From Octopus vulgaris (Eukaryota): DNA of 64,000 nucleotides. This document shows positions 14,301 to 30,116 of this stretch, piece by piece. Positions within the stretch are counted from its first letter, which is position 1. Each line of letters begins with the position of its first letter. The notes below the pieces were generated by a model. It did no database searches. It saw nothing but the letters and a program-made list of their open reading frames with translations, and was not told the DNA's origin. Made by a program: the position numbers and the translations under genes. The stretch spans positions 40,982,001-41,046,000 of the forward strand of contig OX597819.1 of assembly GCA_951406725.2 (NCBI GenBank), given 5' to 3'.

Positions 14301-15091
14301 GCACACACACACAATCTATTGCTACATGAAAATGAAATCTTTTCTCAGAAATTATCTAAAATCATTGAATTTATTCTCCTAATATCAAATTCATACCGAA
14401 TTATTTAAAGTGAAAATGATGATGACAATGTGACATTTATAATGTCATAATGCATATCTACTGCTCCGTTTATCAAATCTAAAAGCGGTTTGAGTGCACT
14501 GTTTAGTTACTTGAGATATTAAAAGCATGTTTTATTTTCAGTGTTAGAAACCGATATTCTAAACGGAGAGAGAAAATAAATGTAAAGAGGTCTTTTTACC
14601 CACTTTTATAGAAAAAAAGTCTAATATAATGCTTTTGGCATCGCATTTAATATTTGAAGCTATAATGATCTACGGTTATTCTCACGTGATTGTTACTAAC
14701 AGTTAAGGGCATGGTTGAATGCTTAAGGAATTCGCTTCGCAACTAGATGCTTTCGGGTTCGATTTCATTCCCCTGCACTTTAGGTAAATGTCTTCTACCA
14801 TAGATTTTTCGTCGATCAAAGTCTCGTAAATTAAATTTGGTAAATTGTGTGGGATGCTTCCAGAAGAACCATTCTTTTCTGATCTGTCACTCGGTTTAAC
14901 TGATCCTTGGGTGCGTTTAATAGAATACACTGTATTGTAACCATTCAAACCAAGTCTTCGGTCTGAGGATAACCTTTTTTCACTGTCTTCTACCAGTTTT
15001 GAAGTCCCTGAAAAAAGGATGAAGGGGCCTACTTTTCCTCCCCTAAGCAAGAGACAAAAGGCAAATAACAACGACGACGACAACAACAGTG

Positions 15092-15300
15092 GAGGCGCAA
15101 TGGCCCAGTGGTTAGGGCAGCGGACTCGCGGTCGTAAGAACGCGGTTTCGATTCCCAGACCGGGCATTGTGAGTGTTTATTGAGCAAAAACACCTAAGCT
15201 CCACAAGGCTCGGCGGAGGGAGGGGAACCCCACTGTACTCTTTCATCACAACTTTCTCTCGCTCTTTCTTCCTATTTCTGCCACAAAGCAGAGGAACCAT
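15092..15300 (+). mobile_element. tRNA-derived SINE family D, 5' part
   Basis: GGAGGCGCAATGGCCCAGTGGTTAGGGCAGCGGACTCGCGGTCG..TTCGATTCCC; same head at 22337 and 52828. Confidence 0.8.
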
Positions 15301-15562
15301 GGTGTAACCCACTATGATGTGGTAAACTTTCAGCCCCTAGTCTAGATTGCGAATTCTCATACCCCAGGATGGTTCAGTTCTCCACCCGTTAAAAGCCTCC
15401 GTTTACGGAATGAGTATAACAACGTAGCTTTCGCGCCCGTGCAAGCGCCTGTCTATAACGTATGATGGGTGGATCTTCAAGTTCCCACACGCATTCTTAG
15501 TAGCTTAGAGTAGGCTCGAATTAGAGATTATTCTTTGTGGCTAATGGCGTGAGTCCTGATGG

Positions 15563-15675
15563 GAAGAAGAAGAAGAAGAAGAAGAAGAAGAAGAAGAAGA
15601 AGAAGAAGAAGAAGAAGAAGAAGAAGAAGAAGAAGAAGAAGAAGAAGAAGAAGAAGAAGAAGAAGAAGAAGAAGA
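15563..15675. repeat. (GAA)n, possibly a retroposon tail
   Basis: Pure trinucleotide run. Confidence 0.9.
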
Positions 15676-15684
15676 CAACAATAA

Positions 15685-16235
15685 TAATCCTTTCTACTAT
15701 AGGCACAAGGTCTGAAATTTGTGGGAGGGAGATAGTCTATTATATCGACCCCAGTACTCAGCTGGTACTTATTTTATCGACTTCGAAAGGATGAAAGGAA
15801 AAGTCGACCTTGGCGGAATTTAAACTTAGAACATGAAGACAGACGGAATACCTATTTCTTTACTACTCACAAGGGGCTAAACACAGAGAGGACAAACAAG
15901 GACAGACAAACGGATTAAGTCGATTATATCGACCACAGTGCGTAACTGGTACTTATTTAACCGACCCCCGAAAGAATGAAAGGCAAAGTCAACCTCGGCG
16001 GAATTTGAGCTCAGAACGTAGCGGCAGACGAAATACCTATTTCTTTACTACCTAAAAAGGTCTAAACACAGAGGGTACAAACAAGGACAGACAAACGATT
16101 ACCTCGACCCTAGTGCGTAACTGGTACTTAATTTATCGAGCCTGAAAGGATGAAAGACAAAATCAACCTCGACAGAATTTGAACTCAGGACGCGAAGACG
16201 GACGAAATGCCGTAAAGCATTTTGCCCGGCGTGCT
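15685..16235 (-). mobile_element. Single-headed trimer of SINE family A
   Basis: Three bodies, two junctions G(A/G)AATACCTATTTCTTTAC at about 15850 and 16036, and one head. Confidence 0.85.
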
Positions 16236-16244
16236 TATTCTTTC

Positions 16245-16572
16245 AGGACTTATTCTTTCTAAGCCTAGTAATTATTCTATCGGTCTCTTTTTGCCGAACC
16301 GCTAAGTTACGGGGACGTAAACACACCAGCATCGGTTGTCAAGCGATGTTGGGGGTACAAACACAGGCACACAAACACACACACACATATATATACATAT
16401 ACATATATACGATAGGCTTCTTTCAGTTTCCGTCTTCCAAATCCACACACAAGGCTTTGGTCGGCCCGAGGCTATAGTAGAAGACACATGCCCAAGGTAC
16501 CACACGATGGGATTGAACCCGGAACCGTGTGGTTGGCAAGCAAGATACTTAACACAGAGCCACTACTGCGCC
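16245..16572 (-). mobile_element. SINE family B
   Basis: Reverse complement of head, internal microsatellite and part of the 3' domain. Confidence 0.85.
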
Positions 16573-17215
16573 TTTGTCCAATTGTATTATATATTATACT
16601 GAGCAGGAGGGTTGGCTGTTTATCGTAAATAGATGATATACTACTGGGAATATGACTCTCTAAAACACCAACTGTTTCAATGTCTCATATTCGTTTTTGA
16701 TGAAATATTTTATTTCGGCAGCCATTTGTTGACCGTTTTATAACTTCTCTCTCTTTTTTTAATAGCTTGAAACTATGTCAGATCTTTTATTAAATATACC
16801 CCTTTCTACCAAGGGCGGGGGTATTTATTTCATCGATCCCGAAAGGTTAAAAGTAAAGTTGATCTCGGCGACATTTGAAATCAGAAAGTAAAGCCGAAAG
16901 AAATGTCGCAATGCAATTTGTCCGGCGTGCTAACGACTCGGCCAGCTCACTGCTTCATCTTTTATTAAACATAATCAATGTTGTTTTCTCTTCTTTATCC
17001 TTTTCCTATTCTATTTCGATTCGTTGCGACTCATTCGCATAGTCACTAACACACACACACACACACACACACAGCCCCCGCACCCAAATACACACGTGAA
17101 TTCATTTGAAGGTAATGACTCATTTCGTCGCTAATGTACTCACAAGGTAGAAACTGAGTCAGCTATGTACGAATAAATTCCCATATCGAATACTCCCCCA
17201 ACTCTGTTTATGCAC

Positions 17216-17359
<144 letters not shown>

Positions 17360-17374
17360 GCACACATGTGTGAT

Positions 17375-17420
<46 letters not shown>

Positions 17421-17422
<2 letters not shown>

Positions 17423-17601
17423 CGCAGGAGTGGCTGTGTGGTAAGTAGCTTACTTACCAACCACACGGTTCCGGGTTCAGTTCCACTGTATGGCATCTTG
17501 AGCAAGTGCTTTCGACTATAGCCTCGGGCTGACCAAAGCCTTGTGAGTGGATTTGGTAGACGGAAACTGAAAGAAACCCGTCGTATATATGTATATGTGT
17601 G

Positions 17602-17691
<90 letters not shown>

Positions 17692-17925
17692 ATGTATGTG
17701 TGCGTATATGTTTGTGTGTCTGTTTGTCCTCCCAGCATCGCTTGACAACCGATGCTGGTGTGTTTACGTACCCGTAACTTAGCGGTTCGGCAAAATAAGT
17801 ACCGATAGAATAAGTACTGGGCTTACAAAGAATAAGTCCTGGGATCGATTTGCTCGTCTAAAGGCGGTGCTCCAGCATGGCCGCAGTCAAATGACTGAAA
17901 CAAGTAAAAGAGTAAAAGAGTAAGT
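17421..17925 (+). mobile_element. SINE family B, full length, with expanded internal (TA)n
   Basis: GGCGCAGGAGTGGCTGTGTGG ... CATGGCCGCAGTCAAATGACTGAAACAAGTAAAAGAGTAAAAGAG. Confidence 0.9.
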
Positions 17926-17994
17926 GTATATATGTATACGTACACACACACACGCACGCGCGCACGCACATATATGTATATATAAATAAATGTA

Positions 17995-18265
17995 AGACGC
18001 GTGGCGTAGTGGTTAGGGTGTTGCACTCCATATCACAAGATTGGTGACACATTGTCTCCTTCAGCAAGACACTTCATTTTACATTGTTCCAGTCCCCTCA
18101 GCTGTAAATGGGCAACCCTGCGACAGACTGACTTTCCGTTCAGTGGGGATTATGGGCTTGCTTGCCTAGCCAGCGGGGTGGTATCATTTGTAAGAGAAAA
18201 CGATACAAAGCGTATTGTGACCAGAGATGTATAAGAAAATCCAGTTGTCTGTTCGATCACATGAT
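17995..18265 (+). mobile_element. Degraded tRNA-derived SINE (C/D-related)
   Basis: TGGCGTAGTGGTTAGGG head, CAGCAAGACACTT, and CCAGCGGGGTGG..TTGTGACCAG tail shared with 22337. Confidence 0.6.
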
Positions 18266-18504
18266 ACACGAACGCGCGCGCACATACACACACATCTTTA
18301 ATTGTGTATTAACGCTACCATTAGCTTCACGTTAAGAAAATATCTTAATATCTTAACAATTTTATCAACCGATCACGTAGAGGAATGGTGTTCGTCTCCA
18401 CTTTAAGATATTAAGATATTTTCATAATGATTAAAACGATGTTATCCACCAATGCAATGTTGAGCACTCATTCTCATCGTTTAACATTTACGTATATATA
18501 TATA

Positions 18505-18902
18505 TGATCGTTACCAGCGTCGCCTTACTGGCACTTATGCCTGTGCTAGTAGGGTGCCAAGAACACCATCCGAGCGTGATCGTTGCCGGAGCAGCCAACT
18601 GGCTTCCGTACCCGTGGCACGTAAAAGGGCACCATTCGAGCGTGATCGTCATCACTGGCACCTGGGCCGGTGGCACGTGTAAAAAGATTCGAGCGAGGTC
18701 ATTGCCAGTACCGCCTGACTGGCCCCCGTGCAGGTGGCACATAAAAAGCACCCACTACACCCTCGGAGTGGTTGGCGTTAGGAAGTGCATCCAGCTGTAG
18801 AAACTCTGCCAGATCAAGACTGGAGCCTGGTGCAGCCATCAGTCAAAATCGTCCAACCCATGCTAGCATGGAAAACAGACGTTAAATGATGATGATGATG
18901 AT
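18505..18902 (+). mobile_element. Non-autonomous retroposon with internal repeats and (GAT)n tail
   Basis: Repeated CGAGCGTGATCG and TGGCAC(G/A)TAAAA units; 3' end CCAACCCATGCTAGCATGGAAAACAGACGTTAAATGATGATG. Confidence 0.6.
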
Positions 18903-18909
18903 ACATATG

Positions 18910-18971
<62 letters not shown>

Positions 18972-19090
18972 CGTGCGCGCGTAGGCGGTATCGTTACTGT
19001 TGGATAAAATTTCTTGGAAGAAAGATACGTACATGTGTGCATGCATATTTGGCAAGACTAGGAAAATTTTACCCAAACAAAACACTAAAG

Positions 19091-19612
19091 CAGGAGTGAG
19101 GAAATCCCCGTCCGCGGACGTAATTGCGCACCACGAGCCCATTTTACTGCATTCGAAGACTGGTATACCCGTATGTACAGAATATAGTAAATTTTTCAAT
19201 TATAAAATTTATACAATATTAGTATGCTTATTTGCGATGTAGGTCGCGTTCCACTACGACTTAAAACGGTTAGAATTGAACAGAAAATCATCCAGTTATT
19301 GCCATTTGAATGGAAATTTTGTTTTCACAATAAAACACATAGGGCTATGTTTGCATCACTCCCTTGAGACCCAACTACACTCTAGCTGAAAAATAAAGAA
19401 TACCTCATAAGTAATATAAACGTCCTAAATTCAGTGGCGGCGTTAATGAAGCGTTAATTTAATGTGTTAAACCTATCTTTATTAATGTATATCAAATTAT
19501 ACATAGATATATACAAGATTTACACAGATATAAGAGTTAGAACTTGTGATCCGCCAGCGGACTTTTTTTTTGATATTTTAGCCCACTGCACTAAAAAGTT
19601 TCCCCACCCCTG
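19091..19612. mobile_element. hAT-type MITE with 8-bp TSD
   Basis: CACTAAAG|CAGGAGTGAGGAAA ... TTTCCCCACCCCTG|CACTAAAG. Confidence 0.8.
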
Positions 19613-20280
19613 CACTAAAGCATAATGAAAACGGGCAACTCACTGAGAAGATTGCGAACGAGTACTTGAAACAAAAACTGAGGCTATATAAGGATTAATT
19701 ATACTAAAACCTCTTCTAAGGTAATAATGAATTAGTATACAATATCACCTTGAAGTTACCGCCAAGTAATTTTGGAGTAAGAAATAATGGCTAAGTACCT
19801 TCTACACAAAAGATAAAAAGCATCTAGTGAAGGAACAAATCTAAGTTACGGAAATTCTTAAGAATTAAGATATGAGCGCGCAAAGGATAAGGAAAAAACC
19901 GTGTCAGCGTTGGATATATACATTGTTGTAATATCTTTCCATTGTCAGTTAATATAAGCATTAGAACCAGAATCATTAAAAAGGATAATATATAACATGT
20001 ATACACGCACACGTACATGCATTCACATATGCATATGTACATACATACATGCATACATACATTCATACATACATTCATCTATACATACACATACATTTAT
20101 TCTCGAATACATACATATATGCATACATAAAGACATACATATAAAGACGTTAAAAATGATCACGGTATCTTGCAAAATATAAATCTACAGGAATTTCCTA
20201 TATATATCTTTTTCTACAACCTTGTCCTCAAGCAGGTAACCGGTTAAAATATATTCCATATAAGAAGATATACACACACA

Positions 20281-20369
<89 letters not shown>

Positions 20370-20436
20370 GCATCTCTCCATCCACACGTATAAATGCATT
20401 AATGATTATATGCGTGCATACACGCATTCATATACG

Positions 20437-20668
20437 TATTTCTTTACTACCCACATGGGGCTAAACACAGAGAGGACAAACAAGGACAGACAAACGGATT
20501 AAGTCGATTATATCGACCCCAGTGCGTAACTGGTACTTATTTAATACACCCCGAAAGGATGAAAGGCAAAGTCGACCTCGGCGGAATTTGAACTCAGAAC
20601 GTAGCGGCAGACGAAATACGGCTACGCATTTCGTCCAGCGTGCTAACGTTTCTACCAGCTCGCCGCCA
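20437..20668 (-). mobile_element. SINE family A, full length
   Basis: Near-consensus copy. Confidence 0.9.
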
Positions 20669-20821
20669 CATACATACATACAACACGCGTCCATATACAC
20701 CCGCTCATACATATACACACATATATATCGATGCACATACATAATGTTTACATGCGTATACATGCATACATACATACATACATACATACATACATACATA
20801 CATACATACATACATACATAC

Positions 20822-21580
20822 GACGCTCTTGTAATCTAGAGTGCAACCGCATGTGTAGGCCATGTCATGTTTCTGAGAAGACATCACGCATGTGATTAGC
20901 AGCTGTCCTAAAATGTCATCACGTTACTACCTCCCTATGCGGCACAAAGTTGTTGCTAAAACAATTTACAATGCCATCCGCGAAAAAAGACTGTCCTGAA
21001 ATCAACTTAGAAAACCCCTCTATTATGGAATACATCCATAAACACTAACTCAAGGAATACTGGTGGAATATTCCCATCAAAACTTTTGTTAAATGTAAGC
21101 ATAACAAGCCGGATATTGTTGTTTGGGATAGAGGGGCAAAGGTATGTACCATCACAGAAGTTAGATATAGATATCTCTTTGAAAAACAAAGAAAAGGAGG
21201 ATGTCTATAGACAACTGCCTCAAAACCTCCAGCTTCTATATCCAGACTATAAATTCATATTCATACCAATAATAATTGGAGCAGTAGCTTTTGTTTGCAA
21301 ATGCTTAAAGGAGAATGTAGATAAACTGGGATTTTCAGAAAGAGAAATTGACCAGCTAATTTGTACATTACAAGTGCAATCTGTGAGTGGAACATTAAAA
21401 ATATGCAAAACTTTTCTCAAGTTCCAAATGTGAATTTGTCTGTGTTTCTCAGTGGAAGATTTATAATAATTAAAAAATAGAAGAGACATACATATATACA
21501 TAACAAGTAATGTTACTTCTGTCACGACCAGTTTGAATTCCGCAAAGAACTTAAATACTTCTCAGAGAAAAACACTCATA
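20822..21580 (+). mobile_element. RLE-type non-LTR retrotransposon 3' fragment (R2/R4/NeSL group), frameshifted
   Basis: CRPCH../EDITHVISSCPKMSSRYYLPMRH (CCHC + RH), YWWNIPIK../HNKPDIVVWD (PD motif), FIPIIIGA, to a stop at 21433. Confidence 0.8.
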
Positions 21581-21916
21581 TATGATGTCGCCAACAACAG
21601 ATGTACATTTTCAAATATTCTGTCTATGTCACTCGATCTTTACATTCAAATCAAGATTTATTCCAGTGGTATTAGAAAACACTCAAAAATCCTTGTGTCT
21701 GCTATATGAAGCGGTTGAAGAATTATTGGGATGAAATCCAGCAAACTTTAACCACTTCAAACCCGTTTCGAGATAAGCAGTTTAGACAACAGAAATCCTT
21801 CGTTTTTCCCACATATAGTCGATTTTCTTCTATAGAAGAGAGCAAGAAAACAAATTACCGCCTTTATCCCCATTTCCATTATTATCACTCATCACTAATA
21901 TAGTTTCGTGTAGATA

Positions 21917-22004
<88 letters not shown>

Positions 22005-22336
22005 GCATATATGTATGTGTGTGTGTGCGCACAAAGTTTATACACTTCTATATAAAATATATATTAAAAAATGCATTAAATCAATTCGAAAAAATAAGTT
22101 GCAATTATAGTTTGAGGATAATTAAAAAAAGTCTACCCACCCTCATATTTAAAAGTTATTGATCAGATCACTGCGAATAATACACCAGTATGCAACAACA
22201 CACATTGGAGCATTAGTATTTCTTTTAATACAACTGCTTTCAATCTAAAACAGCACTTAAGACAGTGTTTCTTATGGGGTAGAGTACTGTGGATTGAAAA
22301 AGAGACAAACAAATTGCAATGTTTATAATAACATTT

Positions 22337-22646
22337 GTGGAAATGCAATGGCCCAGTGGTTAGGGCAGCGGACACGCGGTCGTAGGATCACGGTTTCGAT
22401 TCCCATACCAGGCGTTGTGAGTGTTTATTGAGCGGAAACACCTAAAAGCTCCACGAGGCTCCGGCAGGGGGTGGTGGCGACCCCTGTTGCACTCTTTCGC
22501 CGCAACTTCCTCTCACTCTTTCTTCTGTTGGCCTGCTCGCTTAGCCAGCGGGGTGGCGTCATTTGAAGGCTAAAACAAGGCCAAGCGCATTGTGACCAGC
22601 GATGTGTAGCAACATCTGATAGCCTGGTCGGTTACGTGATCACGTG
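22337..22646 (+). mobile_element. SINE family D, full length, with 12-bp TSD
   Basis: TSD ATAATAACATTT at 22325-22336 and 22647-22658; A and B boxes present. Confidence 0.88.
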
Positions 22647-22894
22647 ATAATAACATTTAGATTATTTTAAACATTCAAATATTTAAACACCATGGTGAAG
22701 AAAGCGGGGTAGTAAAAATATGTTTTTGTGAGCGTAGGGTGAGAGAGGAGCTGGTGGTATTTGTCAGTTTGAGGCCCAATGACCTAGAAGATGCAAATAG
22801 AATACAAAGTAATAAAATTATTTACCAAACATATGCTATCCAGGTGAACAGCATTAATAGAGATTAAAAGAACAACGAAAATACATTAACAAAG

Positions 22895-23482
<588 letters not shown>

Positions 23483-23911
23483 GAACACAAGAAACGAAAT
23501 AAGTTGAACCGCACAACAAGATAGTTAGGTACCATCGTAATCAGTATGTGAGTAATAAATTCCTCATGGACCCACTAAATCTTATGGAAAAAAAAAACAA
23601 ACTTTCTCTAATGTACGGAAATTCTACACTCAGTATTGTTGAGGGGAGGTTAATACTTTTAACTCATACATTTTTCTATATGTACCGGCTGAGAGCAAGG
23701 AGGCAGCGACCAGTTACTCTTTTCGGAGTTTCCGTGTTTCGTAGAAGGAGTTATCCACCGGCCGAGGGCCCATCCCGAATGCTTGCAACTGACTGGATTT
23801 AGCATAAAGTATACAAGAGCCAAGTAGTGGTATTAAATCAAGCAACGGGTTGAGTCAACCATCAAAGGTTACCACTTTGAGTGAGGAACTCTCTTATCGA
23901 AACGAATCATT

Positions 23912-24580
23912 ATTCTTTTCTATTACACGAAGAAGGTTTGAAATTTTCGAGGAGGGGGCCTGTTGATTACATCGACCCCGGTACTCAAATGATATTTATT
24001 TTAACGATCCCGAAAGGGATGAAAGGCCAAGCCGATCTCGACGGAATTTAAGCACAGAACATAAAGGCGGACGAAATATTATTAAGCATTTTCCCCGCTG
24101 TACTAACGATTCTTTTCTACTCTAGGCACAAAGCCCGAAATTTTGGGGGAGGGGGCCAGTCGATCAGATTGACTCCAGTACACAACTGGTACTTAACTTA
24201 TCGACTCCAAAAGGATGAAAAGCGAAGTCGACCTCGGCGGAATTTGAACTCAGAACGTAATGACAGACGAAATACCGCTAAGCATTTCGTCCGGCGTGCT
24301 AGCGTTTCTGGCATCTCACCGCTGGTGTGCTAACGATTCTGCCAGCTCGCTGCCTTCGCCCATCTTAATATTGGTTTCAAACTATGGCACAAGGCCAGCA
24401 ATTTCGCGAGAGAGGGAAAGTAGTTTACGTCGACCCCAGTGTTCAACTGGTACTTATTTAGTCGACCCTGAGAGGGGTGAAAGGCAAAGTCGACCTCGAC
24501 GGAATTTGAATACAAGATGAAAAGACGGACGAAGTACTGCTAAGCATTTTGCTCGCTGTGCAAACGATTCTACCAGCTTA
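23912..24580 (-). mobile_element. Three adjacent SINE family A copies
   Basis: Three GAAAGGC/GAAAAGC..G(A/T)CGA..GGAATTT centres with heads. Confidence 0.82.
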
Positions 24581-24960
24581 CATCAACGAGTCATTTATTA
24601 TCCAAACTGTGTATCGGAAAATGAAAGTTAATATTTCTGTGAAAATCCCCTTCTCAGAGGATCATAGAATAGTTTTAGTCTAAGATCTTGGACATGAAAA
24701 ATAACTTCAACAGTAATGCATAAATAAATTAGTGCAACCAGTAGTGAATACAGTACACGAAAGGAACAACTGTAAATATGCACTATCGACTTCAAAACAT
24801 TTAAAAGATCTGTAACAAAACAGAGAGAAAAATCTAATAGTTGGATAATGAAACAAAATGTAAACACTAGAGAAAGTCATACACACACACAGACACACAT
24901 GCACGCACGCACACGCGCACAGGCACACACACACATGTTTAAAAGAATTGTAGAAATCAC

Positions 24961-25400
<440 letters not shown>

Positions 25401-25811
25401 AGAGGCCTTGTCACCATGAATGCGGAATTTGGTTCTGTTCCCCACTCATGGTTGTTTAATCATTGCATTTTTCAAAAATTTTATTGTTTTACTAGTTGCC
25501 ATCGAAAGGCTTACAACCGCTTCACGAACCACTCTCATCATTATAGTTGAAAGCGAAACGATTGCCTTCGATGATAATTTTCTTTTCAAAGGGAATATTC
25601 GAAGGAGAGGGACCGACGACATTTTATGACTAAAACAAACTTGTACTTTATCAATCTCGAAAGGTAAAGCTAACCTCAGCAGGATTTGAACTCAGCATGT
25701 AAAGGGCCGAGAAAGAACGACAAGGATTGGTTTCCGACACCTTAAGGTTGTGCCAAGATTACCACCATGTTGAAAGTTAGAAATAAAAGCAGATAAAGCC
25801 ATACTTTAGAA

Positions 25812-26077
25812 CAGTGGTTCCCAGCCGGGGTCTACATGGCCCCTGTTTGGGTGTGGGGGTGAATATAATTTTTTTTTGTTGAAATCTATGTGCAATAAAT
25901 TGGTTATATTTCTACAACACAATATTTTAACAATTTTTTAATACAATTCCTAATAATATTTAATTATAGAGGGATAATAGGTTTTTTTTTAAAAAAACAT
26001 TGAATGGCTATGATGGTCCACCCGTGTAAAATAGATATCAAAGTGGACAATAGGTAAAAATTGGTTGAGAGCCAGTG
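25812..26077. mobile_element. hAT (Charlie-like) MITE with 8-bp TSD
   Basis: CTTTAGAA|CAGTGGTTCCCAGCC ... GGTTGAGAGCCAGTG|CTTTAGAA; related 5' fragment at 33478. Confidence 0.82.
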
Positions 26078-26109
26078 CTTTAGAAGATAACAAAGTACCC
26101 ACTTCGACT

Positions 26110-26187
26110 CGGAAGTGGGATGCAGTTATAAAATAACAAACGGCTGTTATATATGATGGACAATACAGATTTTTGCTTGGTTTCCCT
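26110..26187 (+). repeat. Unclassified dispersed repeat of about 80 bp, second copy at 29164-29240
   Basis: GGAAGTGGGATGCAGTTATAAAATAACA...GGACAATACAGATTT..GCTTGGTTTCC occurs twice. Confidence 0.8.
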
Positions 26188-27580
26188 ATTATATCCTCAA
26201 TTCGACCAAAGACTTGTGCGTAAAATTTGAAGGAAATTGTGTAAAAATCTGTTGAATATCAAGGGGTGATATTAAACCGTCGTCTAGTTTAGAATCCCCT
26301 CCATATCGCTGGTTGACTTTATCGAAGTGCATTCCCTTGCAAACATTTGGGACGAGTCACTGGTCTGAAGACAACTTCCTGTTTCACCCCCAAATAACCC
26401 AGATCGTGAAAAGGGGCATAAGGTGCTTCCCTTCCTTCTTTGATTAAGTCATACCAAATGTCTACAACTATAACTGTGAGTAATATTTGAAGATATTGTA
26501 AAAAAAAAATGGAACAGACGATATCAATATCATTTGTAATCAAAACAAACTGAAAAATGTATCTCAGTGTAGTAATTTAACCTGTTAGATATAGCTGCTA
26601 AAATTCCCTCAGATCAGCCTTATCAACTTTAAAAAGGAAGGATATATGTATGCAGGATTATGTAATTCGGAATACGTTGCGCCTTCAACGAAGACGTGAC
26701 AATCACTTGTCAATGATGGTTGATCGCAGTGCAAACTTGTGGCGAAGCCACTATTTCTAATTTAGGACAATATCAGCATTTTGAAGGGAGGAAGTTAGTC
26801 AATACCACTGATCCAAATATTTGACTGGTACTTTAAGTTATCGGTTTAGAAAGGTTGAATAACAAAGTTGATCACAGCAGGATTTGAACTGAGAATGTAA
26901 AGTGCTGGAACAAATACCGTATGGCATTTCTCTGATGCTCCAATGATTTTTCCAGCTCGCCGTCTTTAACCTAGGGCTAAAGAACAGGAGCAACAATGAC
27001 AATAATAACAACAACAATAACAACAACGATAACAAGATGCCGAGCCAGTGAGGGGATATATATAAAGAGCAGACAGAAAAAGTACCAGCAGTTAATTCAA
27101 TATAAAGTAAAAGAGAAAAATAAAGAAAAGAAAAAAAGCCTGAAACAAGAAAAAGGTGAAGATCAAGTCAATATTGGTTGGTGAATAAGGCGGAGAAATG
27201 TCAAAAGTTGGAAAACAAATGAGCAAGATAATTAAAGAAAAACAAATGGTGAAGGAAAGAAGTGACTATGATGGTAAATGACTGTGAGAATGAGAAGCTA
27301 TGTTGAGAAACAAACTGTTTAATTGTCGAAACCAAGGACTGAATGAAGATGCACACACCTTGCGTTTGAAATCCCGCCTGCAGTTGGAATTGAAACGTCC
27401 GATGACGAAGTCTCTGAAAATTCACAGAAAGGAAAACAAAAATAAACATAGAAATACAAAATATGCGGTTTAGGTTTTAGCACTAAATCATTAACACTAC
27501 TAAGCTTTCACTGTCAAACACTAACATTAAGCTTTTTAACACTTAAAGCATTAATATTAAAGCATACAACAACGACGGCA

Positions 27581-28288
<708 letters not shown>

Positions 28289-28911
28289 GGCCTAAAATTT
28301 TGGTGGAGGGGAAATTGTTGATAACATCGGCCCTAGTGCTCGACTGATACTTATTTCATTAACTCCGCAGGATGAAAGGCAAAGTCGACCTCGATGGTAT
28401 TTGAGCTCAAGACATAAAAGCGAGAAGAAATGCCATTAAGTATTTTTGTTCGATGCGCTTACGATTCTGCATCGTTATGGATTATCAAAATAGCTAGCCG
28501 GAAAGAAAGATAAGATCCGCAAAGGGAAGATTCTGAAGTTACCAACGGCCAGCTTTATATGTACTGGCTTGGTGCCCATATTGAAAATTCATCATCGATG
28601 TTATTCAATCGGTGCGAAACGGTAGAGCATCGAAGAAAATGTCTCGAAGTATTTACGTATATCTCTTTATAACTTCTGTGTTTAAATCACTCTCACATCA
28701 ACTTAGTTTTTCATCTTTGCCAATCGAGAGCAGAAAGTATCTGTAAAATACTGCGGTAGATCTACTCGTTTGTATCTGTCTTCAAAATGTGTATCTCTGT
28801 GTCTAAATGATACACACACACACACGCACGCACACACACACACACACACACACACTCTCATATACACACACACACACACACACAACATACATGTACGTAT
28901 GTATATATATA

Positions 28912-28960
<49 letters not shown>

Positions 28961-29430
28961 GTGCACACATACGCACACGCATACATATACGTATACATAT
29001 GTACATATGTATACGTATACACACATACATTCACACGCACACACAAACACACATACACACACATATTCAAACGACGTCTTTCTCGTTAGGTAAAATAACA
29101 GAAACTTGACATTGTATGATAATATTGCTTCATAAACCTTCACGTCCGGTTCAGTGTCGGCTAGGAAGTGGGATGCAGTTATAAAATAACAGAAACGGTT
29201 GTTATATATGACGGACAATACAGATTTCTGCTTGGTTTCCTTACAAGGACCTTCTTGCTTTCATTTAGAAGCTATCATCTATTAATGTCACTTTCAATTG
29301 GCGTCATGTAAATGAAGGACAAATATATTTTTCTTACCGAGGTGCAAACCTGTCACTAACATAGCCAACCTTCTGAAATTTCTCTGTCTGTTTGTCTGTC
29401 TGTCTGCCTGCTTGTCTGTCTGTCTGTCTG

Positions 29431-29479
<49 letters not shown>

Positions 29480-29839
29480 ATCTCTATCTCACTCTCTGTC
29501 TCTCAACCTATTTATCTATCGCATTTGTTTATGCTTTCACATACTTATATTGTCCCAGTCGTGAAAGTGCGTGGCCCAGTGGTCAGGGGTGTTCCATCCG
29601 TGATCTAAATGTTGTAGTTTCAATGGAAGAAGTACCAGGCGTTAAATAAGTACTAAGCGTGGCTCTAGTATGGCCGAAGTACAATGACTAAAACATGTAA
29701 AGGAGTAAGAGAGTAAATAGAGCTACTTTATCAGTGCTAGCAGATGCTGCCTAGATTCTTACGCTGTGCAATGCAGACTGTTACTTGAAGTTTTCGAATC
29801 ACCCACAACTAATTATTAATTTCTATATATTTTTTTTAC

Positions 29840-30056
29840 TATTTTACTTGTTTCAGTCATTTGACTGTGGCCATGCTGGAGCACCGCCTTTAGTCGAGCA
29901 AATCGATCCCAAGACTTATTCTTTGTAAGCCTAGTACTTATTCTATCGTTCTTTTTTGCCGAACCGCTAAGTAACGTAAACACACCAGCATCGGTTGTCA
30001 AGCGATGTTGGGGGGGGGACAAACACAGACACACAAACATATACACACACACAAAG

Positions 30057-30116
<60 letters not shown>

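Noticed and set aside
18339-18420. 18-bp inverted repeat AATATCTTAATATCTTAA
   Set aside because: Low complexity, no TSD and no other support
18505-18750. Repeat-spacer-like pattern resembling a CRISPR array
   Set aside because: Irregular degenerate internal repeats of a retroposon in eukaryotic DNA, with no cas genes
21706-21800. MKRLKNYWDEI, resembling an R4-type ORF N-terminus
   Set aside because: Too short to call
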